A program made the position numbers and the translations under genes. Of a stretch of DNA of 64,000 bases, positions 24,548 to 37,507 are shown piece by piece. The notes beneath the pieces are model-generated. The model was not told where the DNA came from. It searched no databases and saw only the letters and a program-made list of their open reading frames with translations. Origin of the DNA: Felis catus (taxonomy: Eukaryota); assembly GCF_018350175.1 (NCBI RefSeq), contig NC_058369.1, positions 3,412,001-3,476,000 of the forward strand. Direction: 5' to 3'. How positions within the stretch are numbered: the first letter of the stretch is position 1; each line of letters begins with the position of its first letter.

Positions 24548-24700
24548 CCAGCCACTGCCCCAAACCTCACCTGAGAATTTACTTGAGCCCAGGAAGATTT
24601 ATGTCCAACCTTGGGTCAGATTCAGCCCATCTGGGGCTACAGGAATCTACATTTTTTAAAGGGGCTCCCAGGTGATTCTGATAGAAAGGGTTCCTCGGGG
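24548..24700. mobile_element. MER5-like hAT fragment just upstream of the TNFAIP8L1 promoter
   Basis: aggaatctacattttttaa...ctcccaggtgattctgat. Confidence 0.6.
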
Positions 24701-24879
24701 ACGTACTCTAAGAAACGTGCTTCGGCCCAAATTCCAATTACCCAGGTGGGTAAAGGGAGTCTCAAGGGAGTAAGGGGCTTGCCCGGAGCCAGAGTTGGCC
24801 TGTTTTTCTTTTTGCTTCTCTCAGTCTCTGTCTCCCCGCCCCCTCCCCACCGGGTCTCTCGCTGTTTTCGACTCAGGAT

Positions 24880-25400
24880 CTCCTTCCTCCCCTTTCTTTG
24901 CCTCATTCGCCCCCGCCCCACGCCGCATCCGGCCCATTTCACGATTCCGGGGGAATCTCCCCGCAGCTGCTTGGCCCCGCCCCAGACCCCGCCCCTCCCG
25001 GCGACTTTCTCCCATTGGCCTCTTCGTACGTCGCCGGCTCTGCCATTGGCTGAGCCTACGTCCTCCGCCCGCCCCCGCCGCCGGCCCCTCTTCGGGCCTT
25101 TCCGCGCGGGCGGGGACGGAGCGGGGCGGAGCCGCGGGGCGGGGCGGCGGGGGCGGGGCGGCGGGGGCGGGGCCGAGCTTCCCGCCCCGCCCCGCCCGTC
25201 CAGTCCCTTCTCAGTCCTCCCGCGCGAGTCCCGCGGCCGCCGCAACGGCCCCTCGGGAGCGGCCTTACGGAGCCTCGACGGTCGGACCGACAGACAGGAC
25301 CCGGAGAGTAGGTGAGCGAGCGATGCCGCGGCGCTCCGCACCTCGGGGGCCGTCTGGACGCCCTGTCTGTGTCGCCCCCATGCCCCTGCTCCTCCTGTCT
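24880..25400 (+). promoter_or_regulatory. CpG-island promoter of TNFAIP8L1
   Basis: Dense CpG, multiple GGGGCGG boxes (25120-25190), two inverted CCAAT boxes (ATTGG ~25014 and ~25045), and a kappaB-like GGGGAATCTCCCC at 24950-24962. Confidence 0.85.
25200..25311 (+). other. TNFAIP8L1: TNFAIP8L1 non-coding first exon (5' boundary approximate)
   Basis: Lies in a CpG island downstream of GC and CCAAT boxes and ends at the strong donor TAG|GTGAGC (GT at 25312). It fits a gene with a non-coding exon 1 and an ~12 kb intron to the acceptor at 37502. Confidence 0.75.
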
Positions 25401-28400
25401 GTATTCCTGCCTCTGTTTCTTCCTTTCCTTCGGTGTCCCTGTCACTCTGACTGTGTGGGGTAGGGGGAGGCAGACTGCGTGAACTGCCCTCCCTACCGTG
25501 GGGCTGTGCTCTGAGTCCAACGTCCCCTCACCCGCATGGGGACTCTGATGGACTCTGCCCCTTTCACAGTGCAGGGTGCCAGGCGCTAGGGCCAGATTCC
25601 AGAGTCGGGAGGGCATTCCAGTGGTGGACAGCCTGGCCACAGGTGTGACGATGGGCATGCGTGTGGCTTCTGACTGGTCCAGGCAGCTGGAAGAGTCATG
25701 GCCAGGCCCACCCAGACTGGCCACCTGGGAGCTCCTCAGTGCCCTGAAGCTTTGGCCTCAGTTTTGTCAGCTGTGAATTGGGACTGTGGCTGCCAAGGTA
25801 ATTGGCAGGTGACCTGACCCATATCCGCACGCATCACCGCCTCCTCTATCCTGGGGGCGTTCTCCGGGAGGAGGGACAGTCGCAGCTGTAAACAGGCCTC
25901 CGGGGTTGCTTCCTGAGCATACCTGAGCCCAGCTTGGGGAGCTGAATGCCCGGGAGGGGGGCACAGTGGGGTGAGGGCAGTTCAGCCTAGTGGTCGTAGG
26001 GTCTAGACCCTGGAATCAGAGGGATAGGTTCCCGCTCTGCCCCTCACCTTGGTATCGGAAACCAGTGATTGGATTCTCTGAGCCTCAGTTTCCTGTCTGT
26101 AAAGTGGGAAGGACCACAGTTCCCTGGGGGAGAGGGCTGCTTCCAGGATTAAATGCAGGAATGTGTCTCCTCCGGGCCCTCCCTCGCTCCCCTTCACTCA
26201 TTCACTCTGCTCTAGCCTTACCAACCTCCACGTTCCTCCAACACGCCAGACGGGGCCCTGCCCCGGGGTCTCTGCCCGGGCTGTTCCTTCACGGCTATGC
26301 CGGGTCCGCGGGCACCGATTTTAAAACATAACAAGTTGCCTAGATGGGCTGGGCCAGGGGACTGCCAGGCAAGGGCTGGGCAGCTGGGAGGAGCCTAGAG
26401 GGGCCGGCCCAGGGACGCTGTACCTATGGAAACCGGAACAAAGCCCCAGCCACACAAACACCTGGGCCCTGGTTTTCCCACTCGACAGGCCTGGTGGTCT
26501 GGGATGCTGGTGGTGGGTGAGTGCCCAGACCCCTGGGGTGGGGGGGAGTGCTCACGGGGGGGGCTTGAACCCTGCTCTGATGAAGGCGGGAGGTCCTTAA
26601 CCCAATAGATGAGTCAGACAGGTGCAGATTGGAGGCCCCGTGACGTCCCCTCTGGCTGTGTGGCCTCGGGCAGGTCAGACGCCCCTCTGAACCTGTTTCC
26701 TCATCTGAGGCCTGGGGAGGAGAGGGGCCTTTCATTGCTTGGTGATCCCATGTGGTGGGGTTTCAGAGGCTTCAGTGCCCCTGCCTGTCCCATGGGGCCA
26801 GGAGGGGGTGCCTGAGGACACAGCTCCAGCTGCGGTGGCGGAAAGGTCCCCGCCCAGAGGCAGATACTGGAGGTTGTCCGGGTGCAGCCCAGGGGTTAGA
26901 GACCTAGAGGTGGGGTCCTAGAGTTGGACAGGCCAGGACCAGGTACCGGGGCACCTCCCCTGGGCCCCCCACCACGAGATAACTCCCTGGGATCCCCCAC
27001 CTGAGCTTTTCTGGGAGCTCCTCTGGCTGAGCCCTTGGGATCTCCTAAGGCCCCATTCTCCAGGCCTCGATTTCCACTGCTATCCGGTGGGGTAGTGGAA
27101 TGTGGGGAGCATTTACCTGGGGGAGCCCCCCTCCAGAGGGGCTCGTGCTGTACTGCTGTGGGACCTTGGGCTGCCTCTGTCTCTCTCTGTGGGCCTTAGT
27201 TTCCCTGGCTGGACAGTGAGGACCTCGTGTGAGCTCTTGGACTTTATCCCTCCCTCGTGCTGGGAGGTCATTTATTCATTCGACAGGTTCTGAACACCTG
27301 CTGGGAGCCACAGCCTGGTGCAGGGCGCCGAGGACCCAGCACCGACCAAGGCCGAGCCGGTGCCCTCCCTCGCTTGGCTCTCAGATCGGACTTGGGGGAT
27401 ATGGGTGTTCATCCATCCAGAAATATCCTCATGCTTAATTGTAACTGCATGAAGATGAGATGATAGAGAGACAGACGGGCGGGATGTGGAAGTCCGTTTA
27501 GGTGGGGGATGCGGGAGGGACTCCTGACGAGGTGACCTGTGAGCTGAGGCCTGAACGGCAAGAAAGAAACAGTCACGTGGAGGCCTGGTGGGAAGGCATT
27601 CCAGTCAGAGGACGCAACCCATGCAAAGGCCCTGGGGCAGGGCCAGGCCTGGAGTTTTGGAGGAATAGTGAGGAGGCCCAGGAGCACAGTGAGTGAGGGG
27701 AGGAGGGAGGAGGGGAGGGCAGCGAGGGGATGGAGTTGGAGGCAGGTCCTGAACGGTCCTGTGGGCAAAGGGGAGAACTTGGACTTTTACCCTGGCAGAG
27801 GACTGGGTCCTGACTCAGGTGCTCACGGGCGCCCCCCGGTGTCTGGCTGCTGCAGGGAGGCCTGATGGGGAGTTGTGAGAGCAGGATCCTGGGGGGGGGG
27901 GGGGGGCCCTGGGCCCAGGGGCCCAGCTCAGGCTGTGAAGAGGGGAGGCGGGGCTGTGTCCACATTCCTGCCACAGGACCCTGAAGCCTCCTCCACTTGC
28001 TGCTAAACACCTGCTTGGCCCGAGCCCCAGCCCGGCCTGGCCTTTCCTGCAGAGGGTGGGCCGTGGTCTCCCGACACTCTTGCTTGGCCCCCAAGCTCTG
28101 CTTCAGCGGAAATCGGTCTCCCGCTGCCGCCAGCAGGTGGCCAAACCCCGCCCGTCCTTGGGGAGGCCACTCGAGGGCTCTGGAGAACCCGCTTTGAAAA
28201 CCGTGGGTGCCCCAGGCCCCTCAGACCAGAGATTGCTTTGTTCCTCTTGCCTTACTTAAAACGGGCACGGAGTGTGAGGTCCGAGCGACGGTTGGTCAAA
28301 GCCCGACGCACCGGGTGCCCTCGTGTTGGCAGCGGGTATCGTGCGGGAACAGGGACGGCGGGGGCATTTGCTGCTGTGGACAGAGGCCTGGGGCCCCCGA

Positions 28401-29029
28401 GGCCACCGTGGGCCACCGCAGCCGGGGCTCGGAGACGCGGGGTGGAGTGGCGGCCTGGCCCTGCTGAGCTGGCTCATCAATTATTAACACCCTTTGTGTG
28501 GGACATAAAGAATTCATGTGGTGGGGACAGGGTGCCTGTGGACCAGGGGCCAGCGGCAGCTGGCTCGTCCCAGCCCGCGGGAGTCACTTGCCACCCGGTC
28601 AGGAATTTCACGGTCGGGTTGTTAAACACAGCCATTATGAAAAGCGACAGACTGTGACCCTACAGTTCAATATTTTAATAACAGTTCAATGTTTTAATAA
28701 TGTTTATTCTAACGGAGGTGTAGAATATTATTTGGCCATAAAAAGGAGCGAGGCGCCCACCCCCCGCCCCGCGGACGGGCCCCGAACACACGACGCTCAG
28801 GGAGGGAAGCAGACACGAGAGGCCACGCGGGGCGTGAGTCCGCGTGTGTGAAACGTCCAGAACAGGCTCCTCCACGGACAGGAAGGGGTTTCGTGGGGGC
28901 CAGGGATGGGGGGGAGGGGTGACTGCTGATGGGGATGGGGCTTCTTTTTAGGGTGATGGAATGTTCTGGAATTAGTGGTGATGGTTCCACAACTCTATGA
29001 AGGTATCAAAGCCGCTGAGTTTTACACTT

Positions 29030-29476
29030 TATTTTTTTTTTTTAAGTTAATTTATTTATTTTGAGAGAGAGAGAAAACAAGCAGGGGGTGGGGCGGGGAG
29101 GCGTCTGGGTGGCTCAGTTGGTTGAGCGTCCGACTTCGGCTCAGGTCACGATCTCACGGTTCGTGGGTTCAAGCCCCGCGTCGGGCTCTGTGCTGACAGC
29201 TCGGAGCCTGGAGCCTGCTTCGGATGCTGTGTCTCCCTCTCTGCCCCTCTCCCACTGGCTCTCTCTCTCTCTCTCTCTCAAAAATAAATTTTAAAAAAAT
29301 GAAAAAGAAAACAAGGAGGGGAGGGGCAGAGAGAGGGAGAGACAGAGAATCCCAAGCAGGCTCCACACGGTCATTGCAGAGCCCGACGTGGGGCTCGATC
29401 CCACGAACTGTGGGATCGCCACCTGAGCCGAAATCAAGAGGTGGTAGTTTCCCTTACTGAACCACCCAGGTGCCCC
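29030..29476. mobile_element. Plus-strand SINE (~29095-29300) inserted inside a minus-strand SINE
   Basis: The minus-strand SINE is split at gaaaacaag(c/g)aggg, which is repeated on both sides of the plus-strand copy. Confidence 0.8.
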
Positions 29477-29917
29477 TCAGTTGTACACTTTAAGAGGGCA
29501 AAGTTTGGGGCCCCTGGCTGATTCAGTCCGCAGAGCACGTGACTCTTGATCTTGGGGTCGTGAGTCTGAGCCCCACGTTGGGCGTAGAGATTACTAAAAA
29601 AAATAAATAAACCTCAAAAACTAAAGGGCGGATTTTATGGTAGGTGAATCGTATGTTGATGAAACTTACAAAAAGCAAAGTCATAAATAGTCATAAATCG
29701 TAACTTTCTAATTATTCTCCCGTCTCTTACTATAATCTGCGCTCTTGAAGCCACGTTTATCTGCCGTATGTGTTTGGGGGAAACGGTGAGCCGCCACGTT
29801 CGCTCATGTCGCCGCAGCGGTAGCTTGAAATTGGCCACGGTGGGGAAATTTACACCACGGAAATTGGCAACCACCACAGATCGGGGTGGGATTTATTGTT
29901 CTGTTGGTCGTCTAGAC

Positions 29918-30122
29918 CCGGGGTCGGCCAACTTTTTCCACGAAGGGCCCAGTAGTAAGTATTTTCAGCTTCTTACGCTGTTTGGGCGCGTGTCATGTGT
30001 TCGCGGCTGCCGTTAGAGCGTGAAGACAGCCATAGGGAGCAGGGGAGCCCGTGGCTGCGGTCGTGTGCCAATAAAACTTTATTGATAAAAACAGGCGGTG
30101 GGCCTTAGTTTGCCACCTCCCG
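29918..30122. mobile_element. MER58-like element (related copies at ~42648-42925 and ~57455-57663)
   Basis: ggggtcggccaacttttt...aagggcccag...gtgtgccaataaaactttatt...tagtttgcc. Confidence 0.7.
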
Positions 30123-31949
30123 GTCTGACTCAAGAAAGCGGCGCCGAGCAAACTGTCGAGGAGGAAAATTAAACTTAAGAAAGTGTCACATCTGCGGCTG
30201 TGTCCTTGTGGGTGGCCCCAAAGCCCCGAGGAGGCAGTCTCCTCCCCCTGTTGGAAAACGACCCTCGGATTCGGCCCGGAACTTGCTCTCCCTGCTGATG
30301 GATGCGCCGAGTCCTCGTTCTCCCTGTTTCACGCTCGTCTGGCCCGTTCGTGTGCAGGCACACGTCAGAGGCCACCCGTGCCGGCCCCGCACGTGTTTGC
30401 CAAGCACGCCCCTGGTTTCGCTCCCGAAACCAGTTTGGCAAAACCTATCGGGAGCATTTGGTGAGACTCGATCGGCTCCGCAGAGCCGGTAGAGTTTACT
30501 GTGTTCGCAAATCGTGGGACGCACGTCCTTCATGTGGGGAGAAACATACGGGGGCAACGGGTACGGAGTTTTCAGCGCGCGGCGAATGGGATGTCGCCTT
30601 CGCGGGGCACCTGTGGGGCAGTGAGGACGCCGGAAAGTTGGATCTCCTGCCCTGGGGCATCCCTGTCCCCCGCCCCCCACCTCCACGTCCCTGTCGTCCC
30701 CCCGCCCAGGGTGTCGAACCAGAAACGTGTGGGGGCTGAGGGCCCCCCCGCAGTGGGACTGTGCCCTGGGCATGTGTGGGTGGGTTGTAGCGAGCCCAGG
30801 TTGGACAGGGGAGACCAGGGGTGAATGGTTTGCCGCGTCAGGGAGAGCCTCTCGGAGCGGGGGGGGGGGGTTCTCGAGGCCGAGAAGGCCCCCTATCCCC
30901 AACCCCGGAGGCGCCGCACACGCAGGGGCGGCGAGGGCATGGGCGAGGCTGGAACCGACTGAGCCCCGGGGAGACTGGTGGACGTGGTCATGGCCCGAGC
31001 GAGGGGGAGGTTGGCCCGGCTCCTGAGTTTGGGACCCGAGGGGATCAGACAGAACAGGGGCCACTGGGGGGGACGGGTGTGTGCCCTGCACCTGCCCAGG
31101 GAGGCTCAGGTACAGTCCTGCCTCCGACCTTTGCGTCTGCAGGTTCAAGGCCAGCGTCGGTGGCCAGTGTGCAGGGCGTTTGGAGTGTCCATACTGGGGA
31201 CGAGGGCAAAGCTTGGAGTCCAAAAGACAAAGTGGGGTTGGCAGAGGAGGACTGGGCTCTAGAGTGCTGGGGCAGGGCAAGAGTCAACAGAGCCAAGGAC
31301 TCTGTACCTGGACACCCATTTCATAGATAGGAAAGCTGCCCCCAAGGGCATGGGGCCTGTGTGGAGTCCCAGTGGGGAGGGGTCGGGGCTGTGGGAGGAC
31401 CTGGACGGTGGCCTTCACTCTCCTCGCTGCTCCTCTAACACACCAGGCACAGTCCTGCCCCGGGGCCTTTGCACTAGCTATGTCCTCTGCCTGGCTCACC
31501 TTTCCCCCAGACCTTGTCCTTCCAGGTCCCAGTTCCAGCAGCTCCACCTCTAGAGAGGCTTTCCTGACTACCCTGGCCAAGGTCACCTGCTGTCCCTGGC
31601 TGTCTCCACCACCCCCCCTTGGCCCCTCTCTCTCTCTGAAATTACCCTGTTTGTTTTGTGTTCACTGGGTTCTGGTGTCTCTGCCTTTCGGCAAAGGAGA
31701 TGCCTCTTGGGGACCTTTTTGGAGATTTGGAGGGCTTTCTTTTTGCTTGTGATGATAACAGGATGTTCTGGCACTGGGGGAGGGGGGGTGGACAGGGACC
31801 AGAGACACGAGGCAGCCAGCCACATGCCTGGAGCAGCCCCCGGGACCCCACTTCCTAACGTTCTGCCAAAAACATAAATCACTGAGTGGGGTTTTGCACG
31901 CTTTTATTTTATTTTTTAACTTAAAAAATTTTTTTTTAAGTTTATTTAT

Positions 31950-31990
<41 letters not shown>

Positions 31991-32422
31991 CTGGGGGAGG
32001 GGCAGAGAGAAGGAGAGAGAGAATCCCAAGCAGGTGCCACTGTGCCATCGTGCAGCCTGACTTGGAGCTCGATGTCACAAACCCGTGAGATCGGGACCTG
32101 GGCCGAAACCAAGAGTTGGATGCTTAACCGACTGAGCCAGCCAGGCGCCTGGTGGGGGCGCGCTCTGATGGGCATTTGTAGCTACAAGGTCACCGCGACG
32201 CCCCCTATGCCAACCTGTAAGAGACGCTCTGTCCTCAAGTGCGGGGGCCTGACCTTGCCAGGAGGGAATCCTTTTCGATCAGCCACGTATCCCCGGGTGC
32301 CCGCCGTGTGCCTGGCAAGGTGGAAGTGATTTACAGATCTCAACTCGTTCCACCCTTTTATTTGTGCCACAATATGGGCCAAATCCTGATAAATTTATTT
32401 AACATTTAAAAAATGAGGCCTA

Positions 32423-32632
32423 GGGGCGCCTGGGTGGCGCAGTCGGTTAAGCGGCCGACTTCAGCCAGGTCACGATCTCGCGGTCCCTGAGTTCGAGCCC
32501 CGCGTCGGGCTCTGGGCTGATGGCTCGGAGCCTGGAGCCTGTTTCCGATTCTGTGTCTCCCTCTCTCTCTGCCCCTCCCCCGTTCATGCTCTGTCTCTCT
32601 CTGTCCCAAAAATAAATAAAAAACGTTGAAAA
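32423..32632 (+). mobile_element. Young felid-type SINE with TSD, in TNFAIP8L1 intron 1
   Basis: TSD AAAAAATGAGGCCTA at 32408-32422 and 32633-32647. Confidence 0.92.
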
Positions 32633-32688
32633 AAAAAATGAGGCCTAAAATGTATACAGGAAGGGGCACAGAGGTCTAAAATATATAC

Positions 32689-32794
<106 letters not shown>

Positions 32795-33547
32795 AAGTGT
32801 TTGGCTTGAGGAGATGTAATCCTCATATAAAATTCACTGCTTTAAAGTTTTCAACTTCCAGAATATTCCCTCTCCCCAAAATGAAGCCCCATCCACATCA
32901 GCCATCACCCCCTCCCCAGCCCCTGGCAACCACAGCCCCCTTCCCGTCCCTGGACAAGCCCGTTCTGGGCGTTTCACACCCGCGGACTCACAGCCCGTGT
33001 GGCCTCTCGTGTCGGGTCCCCTCCCTGAGCGGCGTGTGTTCGGGTCCGTCCGCAGGCGCCTCGCTCCTGCTCGCGGCCGAGTGACGTTCCAGGGCAATAT
33101 TCCAGCACGCTGCGGACACGCCCTGTTTGTCCCTTCACCCACTGGCGGCCACTTGGGTTGACGCCACTCCTTGGCCACGTGAACCGCGCTGCCGTGCGCG
33201 TGCGCGGTCTGCAGGGCCGTCCGTTCCCCCGTCTTCTGGGCAGATGCCTGGGAGCGGAATTGCTGGGTCGTGGGGGTAAGTCTATGGGTGTTTGAGGAGC
33301 TGCCGGAAAACCGGTTTACACAGCAGCTGCCCCGTTTCCCACTCCCACCAGCCGTGTCCGAGGGCCGTGGTGTCTCTGCACCCTTGCTGACGCTTGCCGT
33401 TGTCCCTTGCTGCGACGGCCGCCATCCTGGCGGGGAGGTGGGGGGTGGGGGGGTGAAGTCATCGTGATTTCCCGACTGGCCAATGATGCTGAGCATCTTT
33501 TCAGCTGCTGGCTGGCCATTTATGGATCTTCTCTGGAGAAAGGTTAC

Positions 33548-33549
<2 letters not shown>

Positions 33550-33592
<43 letters not shown>
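33550..33592. repeat. (GT)n microsatellite
   Basis: Direct reading. Confidence 0.95.
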
Positions 33593-33593
<1 letters not shown>

Positions 33594-36500
33594 TCAAGAT
33601 CTAATTCACGTAACCATAGAACTTACTCTTTCAAAGTGTGCAGCTTGCCGGGTTGCTGCATAATCACAGAGTCGCACAACCACAGCAGCCTGATGGCTTT
33701 TTACACTTGTACCAGCATTTTGTACAGAACATGGGATGTTCCACACCCCTTCCCTGATCCGTCTGCCTCAGGCTGCCTGCCACCTTTATTGCAATGTTTC
33801 ACAGACTTATTTATGTCAAAAAGATTTTATTTTTAAGCAATCTCTACACCCAAGGTGGGGCTCGAACTCACGACCCCAAGATCAAGAGTCGCACGCTCTC
33901 CCGACTGAGCCAGCTGGGTGCCCCCTCCCAAAGTATTTTGTGAGTGGCAAGGTGGCTTGGCTCTAGAAGGCTGGAGCCCCCCGGAAGGCAGGGACGGGAG
34001 CTCTTTTGGTCATTCCAGTAAACCCAGTGCCTGGGACACAGTTGGTGCTCCATAAATGCTCATACAGTGACCGAGTGAATGGTCCAGCCATGCCCTTGAT
34101 CCTTTAACAGGCTTTTTCAGCTTTGAGGACAGTGGGGTGCCCTGGCATTTGGTGATCAGGGACTGTGGACACTTGACCGTCTGGTCCTCGAGCCCCTCGG
34201 CAGTCCCTGGGAAGGCCCCGCCCCAGAAGGGCTGATGTGGCCGTCTGGCCGCCTCCTGGCTTGCCCGCCCTCAGACCTGGGTGAGTGCACAGGAAGGAAG
34301 GAAGGCCGGGGTCTATTTTAGACTGTGGCCCGCTCCCCCGGGACAGTAGTCATCTCCCTGTCTGGCTGCGTGGATGGGGGGTTCCTGGCAGAACAATGGG
34401 TCGGGGATGGGGGGGGGGGGTCTCGCAGCTGGGCTGGCCCAGGTGTCAGCGGGTCTGGGGACTGGCCGGAGGGGTTAGGAGTGTGGAGGCCGAGAGGGAG
34501 GCTCCCTTTTACTTCTGGGCTCAGGAGGGAGGTCCTGCTGAGGGCCCAGCCCCCCTCCCGGCACATCCCACCTCAGGACTCGGCAGATTGGAGAGCCAAG
34601 GCCCAGAGACGGATGGAATCCTCCCGAGGGTCACACAGCGACTGAGATAGGCCGCAAGACCAGGGCTCCAGGGCACTTAGGGTCCAGGTACCTTGGCCTC
34701 ATCCCTGGACCCAGGGAAAGGCCTTTTCCTCTCCGAGCCTCAGTTTGTTCATCTGTAAGCTGGGGAGACTGGACTCGGGACCTTGGGGTTTCTTCTCGTT
34801 TGCGTCCGCGGACATCCTTTCCCTCATGCATTCAACGAACGCTTGCGGGGTGCCCGCTGTGTACCAGGCCCCGGGCTGACTGCTGGAGGCACGGTGTGGA
34901 CAAGGGAGACCCAGTCCCTGCCTGCACCGTCAGGCCAGGGAGATGAGCAATGAAACCAAAGTGTGCGAGGCCAAAATGGAGCACGCCAGGGCGCCACGGG
35001 AGCCGCCAGGCACCTGGCCCAGCCTGGGACATCCAGGAAGCCTTCCAGGAGGAGGTGACTGTGACACTGAGATTTGGATGAGCAGTTTACAGGATGAGTA
35101 ATAGGGAGAGGAGGGGCCCCGGTAGAGGGAACAGGACAGAACATTCTAGAGAAACGGGTGGGAGGCATCGGGGAGGCACGGGCACCCCTTGTGCCAAGCC
35201 GCTCTTTTTCCAGAGAGTCCGACAGAGAAGTAGGTGTGTGCATTCAGGGAGCTTGAATGGCGGAATTCTAGGCCGTGGCATCCAGCTTCTGGCCCAAGGG
35301 AAGCTCGCACGCAGCCTGGGTGGGGGTGGGGGGGGGCATTGGATTGGCCACAACCTTCTGCCCTAGGACAGAGTTGGTTCTATCTTCCCCATTTTACAGA
35401 TGGGGAAACTGAGGCACGGGGTGGTTATGTTGCTTGGCTAAGCGGTCAGGCCCCGGGGGGCTGGATCTGTGGCTGACACAGCTCCCGGCGCCCGAGAAAC
35501 TCAGGTGATTTGCAGGCGTCAAGCGGGGAAGGTGGAGGAAGTTAGGCACGCAGAGGCAGGCGGTCAAGGGTACTGCTGTGTGGCCCTGGGGCAGTGGCTC
35601 AGGCTCTCTGAGCCTGTGTCATTTCTTCAACAAACTGGCAGCCAGCCTAATACCCGGCGGATATGAGGAAACGGTCACACGCTGCCGGCTCAGGGCCTGC
35701 CCCGTGGTGCTGAGTCAGCAGCACCCCTGCTCTGGCCCAGGCCCGCGTAGCCCCGGGGTCTGGTGACTGGTGTGGGGGGCAGGGAAGGCGGTCCGGTCCT
35801 CGCCGTGGCCACCCTGACCTCTGAGGGCAGCGCAGGCGGAGGGGACTTCTCCCGGGGTGTGAGCTCGCACAAAGATGGTCTTTGTGGGGGCTCTGGGCTG
35901 AGTGGGCACCCACGGGGCATTCCTGGTCCGGCTGGCCTGGGGCTGGGGTGGGGGTGGCTTCGACCAGGGCCTGGGGCGATGGGTGAGGACCGGAGGTGGC
36001 TCTCAGGCTCGCCTCATTCATGTTTCTGGAGTCTCCAAGGACACAGCAGGTAAGGAATCAGGCCCCTTCCCTCCCCCGTGGGCTGGGTGACAAGGGACGG
36101 TTGGGGAGTGAAGCCCAGGGCAGGGGCGGAGCAGTGATGGGGGACGGAGGGGCACTGTGTGGCCCAGAGGCCGTGCCTCACCGTGGGTTTGTTCGGGGAT
36201 GGCTTCCTGGAGGAGACAGTATCGAAGCAGAGCTGAGGGATGAAACTTCGAGAAGAGGCCGGGGCTCAGGGGCCAGGGCTTTGGGGGATGAATAGGAGTT
36301 TACCGGCAAAGATGCCGGGATCTGAATGGGGTGTGGGGCTTGGTCCTGGGACCCGCGTCCTCAGAAGAAAAGGGTCCATGCCCAGATGTGCAGCTTAGGA
36401 AGATTCTGGGACTATAAGAAGGAGGCAGCTGGAGGGAGGCTCCGGAGCTTGGGGAATCCAGCAGTCTGACATGGAGACAGGTCCCTGTTCACCGAGGGCT

Positions 36501-37507
36501 GGACTGCCACGCCCCTTGCCACTGTCCCAGCCCAGGAAGGGTGGGAGCTGTCACAGGTCAGTGTTTCCATATCACAGGCGGCGTCGTTGGAACAATGTTT
36601 CTAGAAACCTCACTCGTGACCCCCCCCCCCCAAGGCCCCACAGCCCAGGATGCTGCCCACGCCGGAGGCGGGCCTCGGGCCGTCTGCTGTAAACGCACAG
36701 GGCCAGTAAGGCTGCGGGATTGGGAACAACTGGGCTCCGCCACTCTGAACAGCTGGGGCCTGGGACCCCGTCTCACTGCACTGCAGGATGGGGGCGGGGA
36801 ATGCCCGGCGGGACTTCAGGGGCTTGGAATCCACCTGTCATAACGCATCGTGAGGTCCTCCTCAACCCCGCGGCAAGGCTGGTGCCGGCCCGCAAGCGGC
36901 GGCCTTCAGAACATCCTGCCCAGATGTCACCCTCCTTCATTTTTATTTTTATTTTTATTTTTTAGAGAGTGGGGAAAGGGTGTGAGAGAGAGAGAGGATC
37001 TTTCTCCGCTCGGCGCGGAGCCTCGGGTGGGGCTCGATCCCCCGACCCCGAGACCATGACCTGAGCCCAAACGAAGAGTCACTCGACCGACCGTGCCACC
37101 CAGGTGCCCCGAGCATCAGAGTCTTGAGCTCAAGCCCCGCCTTGGGCACAGAGCTTCCTTAAACAGAGAAACAAAACGGCCCGCCTCCAGGCCTGAAGCT
37201 CTGTTGGCCCGGGCAGTGCCCCTCCGCCCGCTTTGTCACCTGTCGCTTCCTCTGGGAGGCCTGCCTGTGCCCGGCAGCCCTGGGGAGCCCACACCGTGGC
37301 ATCGCGTGGCTCCCGGTCGCGGCCGACGTGCCCCCGCCCTGCACCCAGTCGTGTGTCTCGCAGTGGGCTCGTGGGTTGGGCAGGCTCGGGCCCATTTCAC
37401 GGACTGGGATGACGCGGTAGCACCCCAAAGGGGCCCTCTGGGAAGGTCCCCGGAATTGACGGGCCGCGGGGACTGACGACCCTCTGCCTCTCCCCCTGGC
37501 AGGGCGG

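Noticed and set aside
24611..25724. Several 222-234-aa ORFs on both strands
   Set aside because: They overlap the TNFAIP8L1 promoter island and a MER5-like repeat; compositional artefacts.
25998..26011. 14-bp perfect palindrome AGGGTCTAGACCCT containing a SMAD element
   Set aside because: Sits in the head of a decayed MIR-like repeat; a single occurrence is compatible with chance.
30186..31280. 364-aa minus-strand ORF in TNFAIP8L1 intron 1
   Set aside because: GC-rich, non-ATG start, no homology or splice structure that I can recognise.
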